Shown: positions 1 through 12,400 of the stretch, piece by piece | Position numbering within the stretch: position 1 is the stretch's first letter | Layout of the letters: each line of letters opens with the position of its first letter | Assembly (NCBI GenBank): GCA_964016885.1 | Contig: OZ024744.1 | Coordinates: 101,866,001 to 101,930,000, forward strand | Length of the DNA stretch: 64,000 nucleotides | Direction of reading: 5' to 3' | DNA from: Eledone cirrhosa | Taxonomy: Eukaryota | Position numbers and translations under genes: made by a program | The notes under the pieces: generated by a model | Databases searched by the model: none | Seen by the model: only the letters and a program-made list of their open reading frames with translations | Told to the model about the DNA's origin: nothing

Positions 1-26
1 GCCTTGTGCCTAAAGTAGAAACAATA
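1..26. other. Only non-satellite sequence in the window; possible array boundary
   Basis: GCCTTGTGCCTAAAGTAGAAACAATA replaces the GTGAAGCTA(A/C)ATATTGTGTCATT found upstream of ATGAATGGCT in all 12 full C blocks. Confidence 0.6.
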
Positions 27-404
27 ATGAATGGCTAAATCTGGTCTTATGAGAAGTTAAAAGTTATAGTCTTATGAGAAGTTGAAAATTGTGGTCTTAT
101 GAGAAGTTAAACATTATTGTCTTATAAGAAGCTAATTATAGTCTTATGCAGAACTAAATATGGTTTTATTGGAAGCTAGATAATACGGTCTTATGAGAAG
201 CTAAATATTATGCTATTATTAGAAGTTGAATATTAGGGTCTTGTGAGCATCTAAACATTATGGTCTTAACAGTAGCTCAATAATATGGTCTTGTGAGAAG
301 CTGAATATTATTGTCTTATAGGAAGCTAAATATTATGGTCTTATGAGAAACTAAATATGGTCTTATTAGAAGCTTAATATTATGGTCTTATGAGAAGATA
401 ATTA
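27..404 (+). repeat. 5'-truncated C block (22/25-bp GGTCTTATGAGAAGCTAAATAT(TAT) monomers)
   Basis: Matches the 3' half of the other C blocks from ATGAATGGCT to GAGAAGATAATTA. It lacks B and the first half of C. Confidence 0.92.
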
Positions 405-2283
405 TGTTTATTGTTGGCATTGTTTATTGTTGGTTTGTTTATTGTTGGCTTTATTTATTGTTGGTTTGTTTATTACTGGCTTTGTTTATTGTTGGTTTGT
501 TTATTGTTGGCTTTGTTTATTGTTGGTTTATTTATTGTTGGCTTTGTTTATTGTTGGTTTGTTTATTGTTGGCTTTGTTTATTGTTGGTTTATTTATTGT
601 TGGTTTGTTTATTGTTGGCTTTGTTTATTGTTTGTTTGTTTATTGCTGGTTTGTTTATTGTTGGTGTATTTATTATTAGCTTTGTTTATTGTTGGCTTTG
701 TTTATTGTTGGTATGTTTATTGTTGGTTTGTTTATTGTTGGCTTTGCTTATTATTGGCTTTATTAATGTTGGTTTGTTTATTGTTGGCTTTGTTTATTGT
801 TGGTTTGTTTATTGATGGTTTGTTTATTGTTGGTTTGTTTATTGTTGGCTTTGTTTATTTTTGGTTTATTTATTACTGGCTTTGTTTATTGTTGGTTTGT
901 TTATTGTTGGCTTTGTTTATTGTTGGTTTGTTATTGTTGGTTTGTTTATTGCTGGCTTTGTTTAATGTTGGTTTGTTTATTGTTGGGTTTTTTTATTGTT
1001 GGATTAGTTTATTGTTGGTTTGTTTATTGTTGGCTTTGTCTATTATTGGTTTGTTTATTGTTGGCTTTTTTATTGCGGGTTTGTTTATTGTTGGCTTTGT
1101 TTGTTTTTGGTTTGTTTATTGTTGGCTTTGTTTATTTTTGGTTTGTTTATTATTGGCTTTGTTTATTGTTGGTTTGTTTACTGTTGGCTTCGTTTATTTT
1201 TGGTTTGTTTATTGTTGGCTTTGTTTATTGTTGGATTTGTTTCTTGTTGGTTTGTTTATAGTTGGCTTTGTTTATTGTTGGCGTTGTTTATTGTTGGCTT
1301 TGTTTATTGTTGGTTTGGTATTATTGGCTTTGTTTACTGTTGGTTTGCTTATTGGAGGCTTTGTTTATTGATGGTTTGTTTATTATTGGCTTGAATTATT
1401 GTTGGCTTGTTTATTGTTGGTTTGTTTATTGTTGGCTTTGTTTAATGTTGGTTTCTTTTTTGGTGGCTTTGTTTATTGTTGATTTGTTTATTGTTGGTTT
1501 GTTTATTGTTGGCCTTGTTTATTGTTGGTTTGTTTATTGTTGGTTTGTTTATTATTAGCTTTGTTTATTGTTGGTTTGTTTATTGTTGGTTTGTTTATTG
1601 TTGGTTTGTTTATTGTTGGCTTTGTTTATTGTTGGTTTGTTTATTGCTGGCTTTGTTTAATGTTGGTTTGTATATTGTTGGCTTTTTATATTGTGGTTTG
1701 TTTATTGTTGGCTTTGTTTATTGTTGGCGTTGTTTATTGTTGGCTTTGTTTATTGTTGGTTTGGTATTATTGGCTTTGTTTACTGTTGGTTTGCTTATTG
1801 GTGGCTTTGTTTATTGATGGTTTGTTTATTGTTGGCTTTGTTTATTGTTGGTTTGTTTATTATTGGCTTGAATTATTGTTGGCTTTTTTATTGTTGGTTT
1901 GTTTATTGTTGGCTTTGTTTATTGTTGGTTTCTTTATTGGTGGCTTTGTTTATTGTTGATTTGTTTATTGTTGGTTTGTTTATTGTTGGCTTTGTTTATT
2001 GTTGGTTTGTTTATTGTTGGCATTGTTTATTGTTGGTTTGTTTATTGTTGGTTTGTTTATTATTAGCTTTGTTTATTGTTGGTTTGTTTATTGTTGGTTT
2101 GTTTATTGTTGGTTTGTTTATTGTTGGCTTTGTTTATTGTTGGTTTGTTTATTGCTGGCTTTGTTTAATGTTGGTTTGTATATTGTTGGCTTTTTTTTAT
2201 TGTGGTTTGTTTATTGTTGGCTTTGTTTATTATTGGCTTGAGTTATTGTTGGTTTGTTTATTGTTGGCTTTGTTTATAGTTGT
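405..2283 (+). repeat. A array 1 (15/16-bp (C)TTTGTTTATTGTTGG), ~1.9 kb
   Basis: Continuous tandem monomers from TGTTTATTGTTGG to TTTATAGTTGT. Confidence 0.96.
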
Positions 2284-3236
2284 CAGTCAGTCTAATTATT
2301 TACTGTCTATAGTTAGTCTAATAATTTACAGTCCATAGTTAGTCTAATACTTTACAGTTTATAGTTAGTCTAATACTTTATTGTCTATAGTTAGTCTAAA
2401 ACTTTACAGCCTATAGTTAGTCTAATACTTTACTGTCTTATGAGAAGCTAAATATTATGGGCTTATGAGAAGCTAAGTATTATGGTCTTATGACAAGCTA
2501 AATATGGCCTTATGAGATGCTAAATATGGTCTTATGAGAAGATAAATATTGTGGTCTTATGAGAAGATAAATATGGTTTTTATGAGAAGCTAAATATTAT
2601 GGTCTTATGAAAACTTAAATACTTATGAGAAGTTAAATATTATGGTCTTATGAGAAGCTAAATATGGTCTTATGTAAATTTAGATATTATGGTCTTATGA
2701 GAAGCTAAATACAGTGTTCTTATGAGAAGCTAAATATGGTCTTATGACAAGTTAAATCCAACCTTATGAGAAACTAAACATTATGGTCTCAGAAGCTAAA
2801 TATTATGCCTGTATTAGTAGTTAAATATGGTCTTATGTGAAGCTAAATATTGTGTCATTATGAATGGCTCAATCTGGTCTTATGAGAAGTTAAAAGTTAT
2901 AGTCTTATGAGAAGTTGAAAATTGTGGTCTTATGAGAAGTTAAACATTATTGTCTTATAAGAAGCTAATTATAGTCTCATGCAGAACTAAATATGGTTTT
3001 ATTGGAAGCTAGATAATACTGTCTTATGAGAAGCTAAATATTATGCTCTTATTAGAAGTTGAATATTAGGGTCTTGTGGGCATCTAAACATTATGGTCTT
3101 AACAGTAGTTCAATAATATGGCGTGTGAGAAGCTGAATAATATTGTCTTATAGGAAGCTAAATATTATGGTCTTATGAGAAACTAAATATGGTCTTATGA
3201 GAAGCTTAATATTATGGTCTTATGAGAAGATAATTA
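2284..3236 (+). repeat. Spacer module 1: B (2284-2436, lead + 5x26 bp) and C (2437-3236, 800 bp)
   Basis: Starts CAGTCAGTCTAATTATTTACTGT, then five CTATAGTTAGTCTAATACTTTAC(A/T)GT-type units, then C monomers. Confidence 0.95.
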
Positions 3237-6200
3237 TGTTTATTGTTGGCATTGTTTATTGTTGGTTTGTTTATTGTTGCTTTGTTTATTGTTGGTTTGT
3301 TTATTGTTGGTTTGTTTATTGTTGGTTTGTTTATTGTTGGTTTGTTTATTGTAGGCTTTGTTTAATGTTGGTTCGTTTATTGTTGGTTTGTTTATTGTTG
3401 GTTTGTTTATTATTGGCTTTGTTTATTTTTGGTTTGTTTATTATTGGCTTTGTATATTTTTGGTTTGTTTATATACTGGCTTTGTTTATTGTTGGTTTGT
3501 TTATTGTTGGCTTTGTTTATAGTTGGTTTGTTTATTGTTGGTTTGTTTATTGTTGGCTTTGTTTATTGTTGGTTTGTTTATTGCTGGCTTTGTTTAATGT
3601 TAGTTTGTTTATTGTTGGCTTTGTTTATTTTTGTTTGTATATTGTTGGCTCTGTTTATTGTTGGTTTGTTTATTGTTGGTTTCTTTATTGTTGGCTTTGT
3701 TTATTGTTGGTTTGTTTATTGTTCGCTTTCTTTATTGTTGGTTTGTTTATTATTGACTTTGTTTATTGTTGGTTTGCTTATTGTTGGTTTTGTTTATTGT
3801 TGGTTTGTTTATTGTTGGCTTCGTTTATTGCTGGTTTGTTTATTGGTGGCTTTGTTTTTTGTTGGTTTGTTTATTGTTTGCTTTGTTTATTGTTGGCTTT
3901 GTTTATTGTTGGTTTGTTTATTATTGGCTTTGTTTATTGTTGTTTTGCTTATTTGTGGCTTTGTTTAATGTTGGTTTGTTTATTGTTGGCTTTGTTTATT
4001 GTTGGTTTGTTTATTATTGGCTTTAATTATTGTTGGTTTGTCTATTGTTGGCTTTGTTTATTGTTGGTTTGTTTATTGTTGGCTTTGTTTATTGTTGCTT
4101 TCTTTATTGTTGGTTTCTTTATTGTTGGCTTTGTTTATTGCTCGTTTGTTTATTGTTGGTTTGTTTATTGTTGGCTTTGTTTATTGTTGGTTTGTTTATT
4201 ATTGGCTTTGTTTATTGTTGGTTTGTTTATTATTTGCTTTGTTTATTGTTGGTTTGTTTATTGTTGGTTTTGTTTGTTTTTGGTTTGTTTATTACTGGCT
4301 TTGTTTATTGTTGGTTTGTTTATTGTTGGCTTTGTTTATTGTTGGTTTGTTTATTGTTGGCTTTGTTTATTGTTGGTTTGTTTATTGTTGGCTTTGTTTA
4401 TTGTTGCTTTCTTTATTGTTGGTTTGTTTATTGTTGGCTTTGTTTATTGCTCGTTTGTTTATTGTTGGTTTGTTTATTGTTGGCTTTGTTTATTGTTGGT
4501 TTGTTTATTGTTGGCTTTGTTTATTGTTGGTTTGTTTATTATTTGCTTTGTTTATTGTTGGTTTGTTTATTGTTGGCTTTGTTTATTGTTGGTTTGTTTA
4601 TTGTTGGCTTTTTTTATTGTTGGTTTCTTTATTGTTCGCTTTCTTTATTGTTGGTTTGTTTATTATTGGCTTTGTTTATTGTTGGTTTCTTTATTGTTGG
4701 CTTTGTTTATTGTTGGTTTGTTTATTGTTTGCTTTGTTAATTGTTGGTTTGTTTATTGGTGGATTTGTTTATTGTTGGTTTGTTTATTGTTGGCTTTGTT
4801 TATTGTTGGCTTTGTTTATTGTTGGTTTGTTTATTGTTGGCTTTGTTTATTGTTGGTTTGCTTATTGGTGGCTTTGTTTATTGTTGCTTTGTTTATTGTT
4901 GGCTTTGTTAATTGTTGGTTTATTAATTATTGGCTTTAATTATTGTTGGTTTGTCTATTGTTGGCTTTGTTTATTGTTGGTTTGTTTATTGTTGGCTTTG
5001 TGTATTATTGGCTTTGTTTATTGTTGGTTTGTTTATTGTTGCTTTGTTTATTGTTGGTTTGTTTATTGTTGGTTTGTTTATTGTTGGTTTGTTTATTGTT
5101 GGTTTGTTTATTGTAGGCTTTGTTTAATGTTGGTTCGTTTATTGTTGGTTTCTTTATTTTTGGTTTGTTTTTTATTAGTTTGTTTATTGTTGTCTTTGTT
5201 TATTTTTGGTTTGTTTATTGTTGGCTTTGTTTATTGTTGGTTTGTTTATTATTGGCTTTGTTTATTTTTGTTTTGTTTATTGTTTGCTTTGTATATTTTT
5301 GGTTTGTTTATATACTGGCTTTGTTTATTGTTGGTTTGTTTATTGTTGGTTTTGTTTATAGTTGGTTTGTTTATTGTTGGTTTGTTTATTGTTGGCTTTG
5401 TTTATTGTTGGTTTGTTTATTGCTGGCTTTGTTTAATGTTAGTTTGTTTATTGTTGGCTTTGTTTATTTTTTGTTTGTTTATTGTTGGCTTTGTTTATTG
5501 TTGGTTTGTTTATTGTTCGCTTTCTTTATTGTTGGTTTGTTTATTATTGGCTTTGTTTATTGTTGGTTTGTTTATTGTTGGCTTTGTTTGTTGTTGGTTT
5601 GTTTATTGTTGGCTTTCTTTATTGCTGGTTTGTTTATTGGTGGCTTTGTTTATTGTTGGTTTGTTTATTGTTGGCTTTGTTTATTGTTGGCTTTGTTTAT
5701 TGTTGGTTTGTTTATTATTGGCTTTGTTTATTGTTGTTTTGCTTATTTGTGGCTTTGTTTATTGTTGGTTTGTTTATTGTTGGTTTGTTTATTATTGGCT
5801 TTAATTATTGTTGGTTTGTCTATTGTTGGTTTTGTTTATTGTTGGTTAGTTTATTGTTGGCTTTGTTTATTGTTGGTTTGTTTATTGTTGGCTTTGTTTA
5901 TTATGGGTTTGTTTATTGTTGGCTTTTTTTATTGTTGGTTTGTTTATTGTTGGCTTTGTTTATTGTTCGTTTGTTTATTGTTGGTTTGTTTATTGTTGGC
6001 TTTGTTTATTGTTGGTTTGTTTATTGTTGGCTTTGTTTATTGTTGGTTTGTTTATTATTTGCTTTGTTTATTGTTGGTTTGTTTATTGTTGGCTTTGTTT
6101 ATTTTTGCTTTGTTTATTCCTGGCTTTGTTTATTGTTGGTTTGTTTATTGTCGGCTTTGTTTATTGTTGGTTTGTTTATTGTTGGCTTTGTTTATTGTTG

Positions 6201-6805
6201 GGTTTTTTATTGCAGGCTTTCTTTAATGTTGGTTTATTTTATTGTTGGCTTTGTTTATTTTTGGTTCCTTTATTGTTGGCTTTGTTTATTGATGGTTTGT
6301 TTATTGTTGGCTTTGTTTATTGTTGGTTTGTTTATTGGTGGCTTTGTTTATTGTTGGTTTGTTTATTGTTGGCTTTGTTTATTGTTGGCTTTGTTTATTG
6401 TTGGTTTGTTTATTATTGGCTTTAATTATTGTTGGTTTGTCCATTGTTGGCTTTGTTTATTGTTGGTTTGTTTATTGTTGGCTTTGTTTATTGTTGATTT
6501 CTTTATTGATGGCTTTGTTTATTGTTGATTTGTTTATTGTTGGTTTGTTTATTGTTGGTTTGTTTATTGTTGGCTTTGTTTATTGTTGGATTCTGTATTG
6601 TTGGTTTTGTTTATTGTTGGTTTGTTTATCGTTAGCTTTGTTTAATGTTCGTTTATTTATTGTTAGTTTTGTTTATTGTTGGTTTCTTTATTGTTGGCTT
6701 TGTTTATTGTTGGTTTGTTTATTATTGGCTTTGTTTATTGTTGGTTTGTTTATTATTGGCTTTTTTATTGCTGGTTTGTTTATCGTTGGCTTTGTTTACT
6801 GTTGT
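3237..6805 (+). repeat. A array 2, ~3.6 kb, with an internal partial duplication
   Basis: Tandem 15/16-mers. The markers TGTAGGCTTTGTTTAATGTTGGTTCG and ATATACTGGC each occur twice (~3350/5112 and ~3471/5310). Confidence 0.96.
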
Positions 6806-7733
6806 CAGTGAGTCTAATTATTTACTGTCTATAGTTAGTCTAATACTTTACAGTTTATAGTTAGTCTAATACTTTACTGTCTATAGTTAGTCTAATACTT
6901 TACAGCCTATAGTTAGTCTAATACTTTACTGTCTTATGAGAAGCTAAATATTATGGTCTTATAAGAAGCTAAGTATTATGGTCTTATGACAAGCTAAATA
7001 TGGCCTTATGAGATGCTAAATATGGTCTTATGAGAAGATAAATATTGTGGACTTATGAGAAGATAAATATGGTTTTTATGAGAAACTAAATATTATGGTC
7101 TTATGAAAACTTAAATACTTATGAGAAGTTAAATATTATGGTCTTATGAGAACCTAAATATGGTCTTATGTAAATTAAGATATTATGGTCTTATGAGAAG
7201 CTAAATACAGTTTTCTTATGAGAAGCTAAATATGGTCTTATGACAAGTTAAATCCAACCTTATGAGAAACTAAACATTATGGTCTCAGAAGCTAAATATT
7301 ATGCCTGTATTAGAAGTTAAATATGGTCTTATGTGAAGCTAAATATTGTGTCATTATGAATGGCTCAATCTGGTCTTATGAGAAGTTAAAAGTTATAGTC
7401 TTATGAGAAGTTGAAAATTGTGGTCTTATGAGAAGTTAAACATTATTGTCTTATAAGAAGATAATTATAGTCTCATGCAGAACTAAATATGGTTTTATTG
7501 GAAGCTAGATAATACTGTCTTATGAGAAGCTAAATATTATGCTCTTATTAGAAGTTGAATATTAGGGTCTTGTGAGCATCTAAACATTATGGTCTTAACA
7601 GTAGCTCAATAATATGGTCTTGTGAGAAGCTGAATATTATTGTCTTATAGGAAGCTAAATATTATGGTCTTATGAGAAACTAAATATGGTCTTATGAGAA
7701 GCTTAATATTATGGTCTTATGAGAAGATAATTA
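6806..7733 (+). repeat. Spacer module 2: B (6806-6932, lead + 4x26 bp) and C (6933-7733)
   Basis: Collinear with module 1, with one fewer B unit. Confidence 0.95.
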
Positions 7734-8672
7734 TGTTTATTGTTGGCTTTGTATATTGTTGGTTTGTTTATTGTTGGTTTGTTTATTGTTGGCTTTGTTT
7801 ATTGTTGGTTTTGTTTATTGTTGGTTTGTTTGTTGTTGGTTTGTTTATTGGTGGATTGTTTATTGTTGATTTGTTTATTGATGGATTTGTTTATTGTTGG
7901 TTTGTGTATTGTTGGCTTTGTTTATTTTTGGTTTGTTTATTGTTGGCTTTGTTTATTGTTGGCTTTGTTTATTGTTGGTTTGTTTATTGTTGGTTTGTTT
8001 ACTGATGGTTCGTTTATTGTTGGTTTGTTTATTGTTGGCTTTGTTTATTGTTGGTTTGTTTATTGTTGGCTTTGTTTATTGTTGGTTTGTTTTTTGTTGG
8101 TTTGTTTAGTGTTGGCTTTGTTTATTGTTGGTTTGCTTATTGTTGGCTTTGATTATTGTTGGTTTGTTTATTGTTGGCTTTGTTTATTGTTGGTTTGTTT
8201 ATTATTGGCTTTAATTGTTGCTGGTTTATCTATTGTTCGCTTTGTTTAATGTTGGTTTGTTTATTGTTGGCTTTGTTTATTGTTGGTTTGTTTATTGCTG
8301 GCTTTGTTTAATGTTGGTTTGTTTATTGTTGGCTTTGTTTATTGTTGGTTTTTTTCTTGTTGACGTTGTTTATTGTTTATTTGTTTATTGTTGGCTTTGT
8401 TTATTGTTGGTTTGTTTATTTTTGGCTTATTTATTGTTGGTTTGTTTATTACTGGCTTTGTTTATTGTTGGTTTGTTTATTGTTGGCTTTGTTTATTGTT
8501 GGTTTGTTTATTGTTGGTTTGTTTATTGTTGGCTTTGTTTATTTTTGGTTTGTTTATTACTGGCTTTGTTTATTGTTGGTTTGTTTCTTGCTGACTTTGT
8601 TTATTGATGGTTTGTTTATTATTGGCTTTGCTTATTGTTGGTTTGTTTATTGTTGGCTTTGTTTATAGTTGT
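7734..8672 (+). repeat. A array 3, ~0.94 kb
   Basis: Tandem 15/16-mers between modules 2 and 3. Confidence 0.96.
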
Positions 8673-9483
8673 CAGTCAGTCTAATTATTTACTGTCTATA
8701 GTTAGTCTAATACTTTACAGTCTATAGTTAGTCTAATACTTTACAGTTTATAGTTAGTCTAATACTTTACTGTCTATAGTTAGTCTAATACTTTACAGCC
8801 TATAGTTAGTGTAATACTTTACTGTCTTATGAGAAGCTAAATATTATGGGCTTATAAGAAGCTAAGTATTATGGTCTTATGACAAGCTAAATATGGCCTT
8901 ATGAGATGCTAAATATGGTCTTATGAGAAGATAAATATGGTTTTTATGAGAAGTTAAATATTATGGTCTTATGAGAAGCTAAATATGGTCTTATGTAAAT
9001 TTAGATATTATAGTCTTATGAGAAGGTAAATATGGTCTTATGAGAAGTTAAATCCAACCTTATGAGAAACTAAACATTATGGTCTCAGAAGCTAAATATT
9101 ATGCCTGTATTAGAAGTTAAATATGGTCTTATGTGAAGCTAAATATTGTGTCATTATGAATGGCTCAATCTGGTCTTATGAGAAGTTAAACATTATCGTC
9201 TTATAAGAAGCTAATTATAGTCTTATGCAGAACTAAATATGGTTTTATTGGAAGCTAGATAATACGGTCTTATGAGAAGCTAAATATTATGCTCTTATTA
9301 GAAGTTGAATATTAGGGTCTTGTGAGCATCTAAACATTATGGTCTTAACAGTAGCTCAATAATATGGTCTTGTGAGAAGCTGAATATTATTGTCTTATAG
9401 GAAGCTAAATATTATGGTCTTATGAGAAACTAAATATGGTCTTATGAGAAGCTTAATATTGTGGTCTTATGAGAAGATAATTA
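8673..9483 (+). repeat. Spacer module 3: B (8673-8825, lead + 5x26 bp) and shortened C (8826-9483, 658 bp)
   Basis: Collinear with the other modules but missing several whole C monomers. Confidence 0.95.
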
Positions 9484-12400
9484 TGTTTATTGTTGGCTTT
9501 GTTTATTGTTGGTTTTTTTATTGTTGGCTTTGTTTATTGTTGGTTTTTTTATTGTTGGTTTGTTTATTGTTGGCTTTGTTTATTGTTGGTTTTGTTTATT
9601 GTTGGTTTGTTTGTTGTTGGTTTGTTTATTGGTGGATTGTTTATTGTTGATTTGTTTATTGATGGATTTGTTTATTGTTGGTTTGTGTATTGTTGGCTTT
9701 GTTTATTGTTGGCTTTGTTTATTGTTGGTTTGTTTATTGTTGGTTTGTTTACTGATGGTTCGTTTATTGTTGGTTTGTTTATTGTTGGCTTTGTTTATTG
9801 TTGGTTTGTTTATTGTTGGCTTTGTTTATTTTTGGTTTGTTTATTGTTGGCTTTGTTTATTGTTGGCTTTGTTTATTGTTGGTTTGTTTATTGTTGGTTT
9901 GTTTACTGATGGTTCGTTTATTGTTGGTTTGTTTATTGTTGGCTTTGTTTATTGTTGGTTTGTTTATTGTTGGCTTTGTTTATTTTTGGTTTGTTTATCA
10001 CTGGCTTCGTTTATTGTTGGTTTGTTTATTATTGGCTTTGTTTATTGTTGGTTTGTTTATTGTTGGTTTGTTTAGCGTTGGCTTTGTTTATTGTTGGTTT
10101 TCTTATTGTTGGCTTTGATTATTGTTGGTTTGTTTATTGTTGGCTTTGTTTATTGTTGGTTTGTTTATTATTGGCTTTAATTATTGCTGGTTTGTATATT
10201 GTTCGCTTTGTTTATTGTTGGTTTGTTTATTGTTAGCTTTGTTTATTGTTGGTTTGTTTATTGCTGGCTTTGTTTAATGTTGGTTTCTTTATTGTTGGCT
10301 TTGTTTATTGTTGGTTTGTTTCTTGATGACTTTGTTTATTGTTTATTTGTTTATTGTTGGCTTTGTTTATTGTTGGTTTGTTTATTGTTGGCTTATTTAT
10401 TGTTGGTTTGTTTATTACTGGCTTTGTTTATTGTTGGTTTGTTTATTGTTGGCTTTGTTTATTGTTGGTTTGTTTATTGTTGGTTTGTTTATTGTTGGCT
10501 TTGTTTATTGTTGGCTTTGTTTATTGTTGGTTTGTTTCTTGTTGACTTTGTTTATTGTTGGTTTGTTTATTATTGGCTTTGCTTATTGTTGGTTTGTTTA
10601 TTGTTGGCTTTGTTTAATTTTGGTTTTTTATTACTGGCTTTGTTTATTGTTGGTTTGTTTATTGTTGGCTTTGTTTATTGTTGGTTTATTTATTGTCGGT
10701 TTGTTTATTGTTAGCTTTGTTTATTGTTGGTTTGTTTATTGTTGGCTTTGTGTATTGTTGGTTTGTTTATTGATGGCTTTGTTTATTGTTGGTTTGTTTA
10801 TTGTTGGTTTGTTTATTGTTGGTTTTGATTATTTTTGGTTTGTTTATTGTTGGCTTTGTTTATTGTTGGCTTGTTTATTGTTGCTTTGTTTAATGTTGGG
10901 TTTGTTTATTGTTGGTTTGTTTATTGTTGGCTATGTTTATTGTTGGTTTGTTTATTGTTGGCTTTGTTTATTATTGGCTTTGTTTATTGTTGGTTTGTTT
11001 ATTGTTGGTTTGTTTATTGTTTGTTTGTTTATTGTTGGTTTGTTTATTGTTGGCTTTGTTTATTGTTGGCTTTGTTTATTGCTGGCTTTGTATAATGTAA
11101 GTTTGTTTATTGTTGGCTTTGTTTATTTTTGGTTTGTTTATTGTTGGCTTTGTTTATTGTTGGCTTTCTTTATTGTTGGTTTGTTTATTATTGGCTTTGT
11201 TTATCGCTGGTTTGTTTATTGGTGGCTTTGTTTATTGTTGGTTGGTTTATTGTTGGCTTTGTTTATTGTTAGCTTTGTTTATTGTTGGTTTGTTTATTAT
11301 TGGCTTTGTTTATTGTTGGTTTGTCTATTGTTGGCTTTGTTTATTGTTGGTTTCTTTATTGATGGATTTGTTTATTGTTGATTTGTTTATTGTTGGTTTG
11401 TTTATTGTTGGCTTTGTTTATTGTTGGTTTGTTTATTGTTCGTTTGTTTATTGATGGTTTGTTTATTGTTGGTTTGTTTCTTGTTGACTTTGTTTATTGT
11501 TGGTTTGTTTATTATTGCCTTTGCCTATTGTTGGTTTGTTTATTGCTGGCTTTGTTTATTTTTGGTTTGTTTATTGTTGGCTTTGTTTATTTTTGGTTTG
11601 TTTATTGTTGGTTTGTTTATTGTTGGCTTTGTTTATTGTTGGTTTGTTTATTAATGGCTTTGTGTATTGTAGGTTTGTTTATTGATGGTTTTGTTTATTA
11701 TTGGTTTCTTTATTGTTGGTTTGTTTATTGTTGGTTTTGTTTATTTTTGGTTTGTTTATTGTTGGCTTTGTTTATTGTTGGTTTGTTTATTGTTGGCTAT
11801 GTTTATTGTTGGTTTGTTTATTGTTGGCTTTGTTTATTATTGGCTTTGTTTATTGTTGGTTTGTTTATTGTTGCTTTGTTTATTGTTGGTTTGTTTATTG
11901 TTGGTTTGTTTATTGTTGGTTTGTTTATTGTTGGTTTGTTTATTGTTGGTTTGTTTTTTGTTAGTTTGTTTGTTGTTGGCTTTGTTTATTTTTGGTTTGT
12001 TCATTGTTGGCTTTATTTATTGTTGGTTTGTTTATTGTTGGCTTTGTTTATTGTTGGTTTGTTTATTGTTGGCTTTGTTTATTGTTGGTTTGTTTATTAT
12101 TGGTTTTGTTTATTTTTGGTTTGTTTATTGTTGGCTTTGTTTATTTTTGGTTTGTTTATATACTGGCTTTGTTTATTGTTGGTTAGTTTATTGTTGGCTT
12201 TGTTTATAGTTGGTTTGTTTATTGTTGGTTTGTTTATCTTTGGCTTTGTTTATTGTTGGTTTGTTTATTGCTAGCTTTGTTTAATGTTAGTTTGTTTATT
12301 GTAGGCTTTGTTTATTGTTGGCTTTCTTTATTGTTGGTTTGTTTATTATTGGCTTTGTTTACTGTTGGTTTGTTTATTGTTGGCTTTGTTTATTGTTGGT

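Noticed and set aside
2437-3236. C block as a CRISPR array (partly palindromic repeat with variable intervening bases)
   Set aside because: The intervening sequences are only ~9-12 bp and are variants of one another rather than unique spacers. The period is 22/25 bp, and there are no cas genes or leader.
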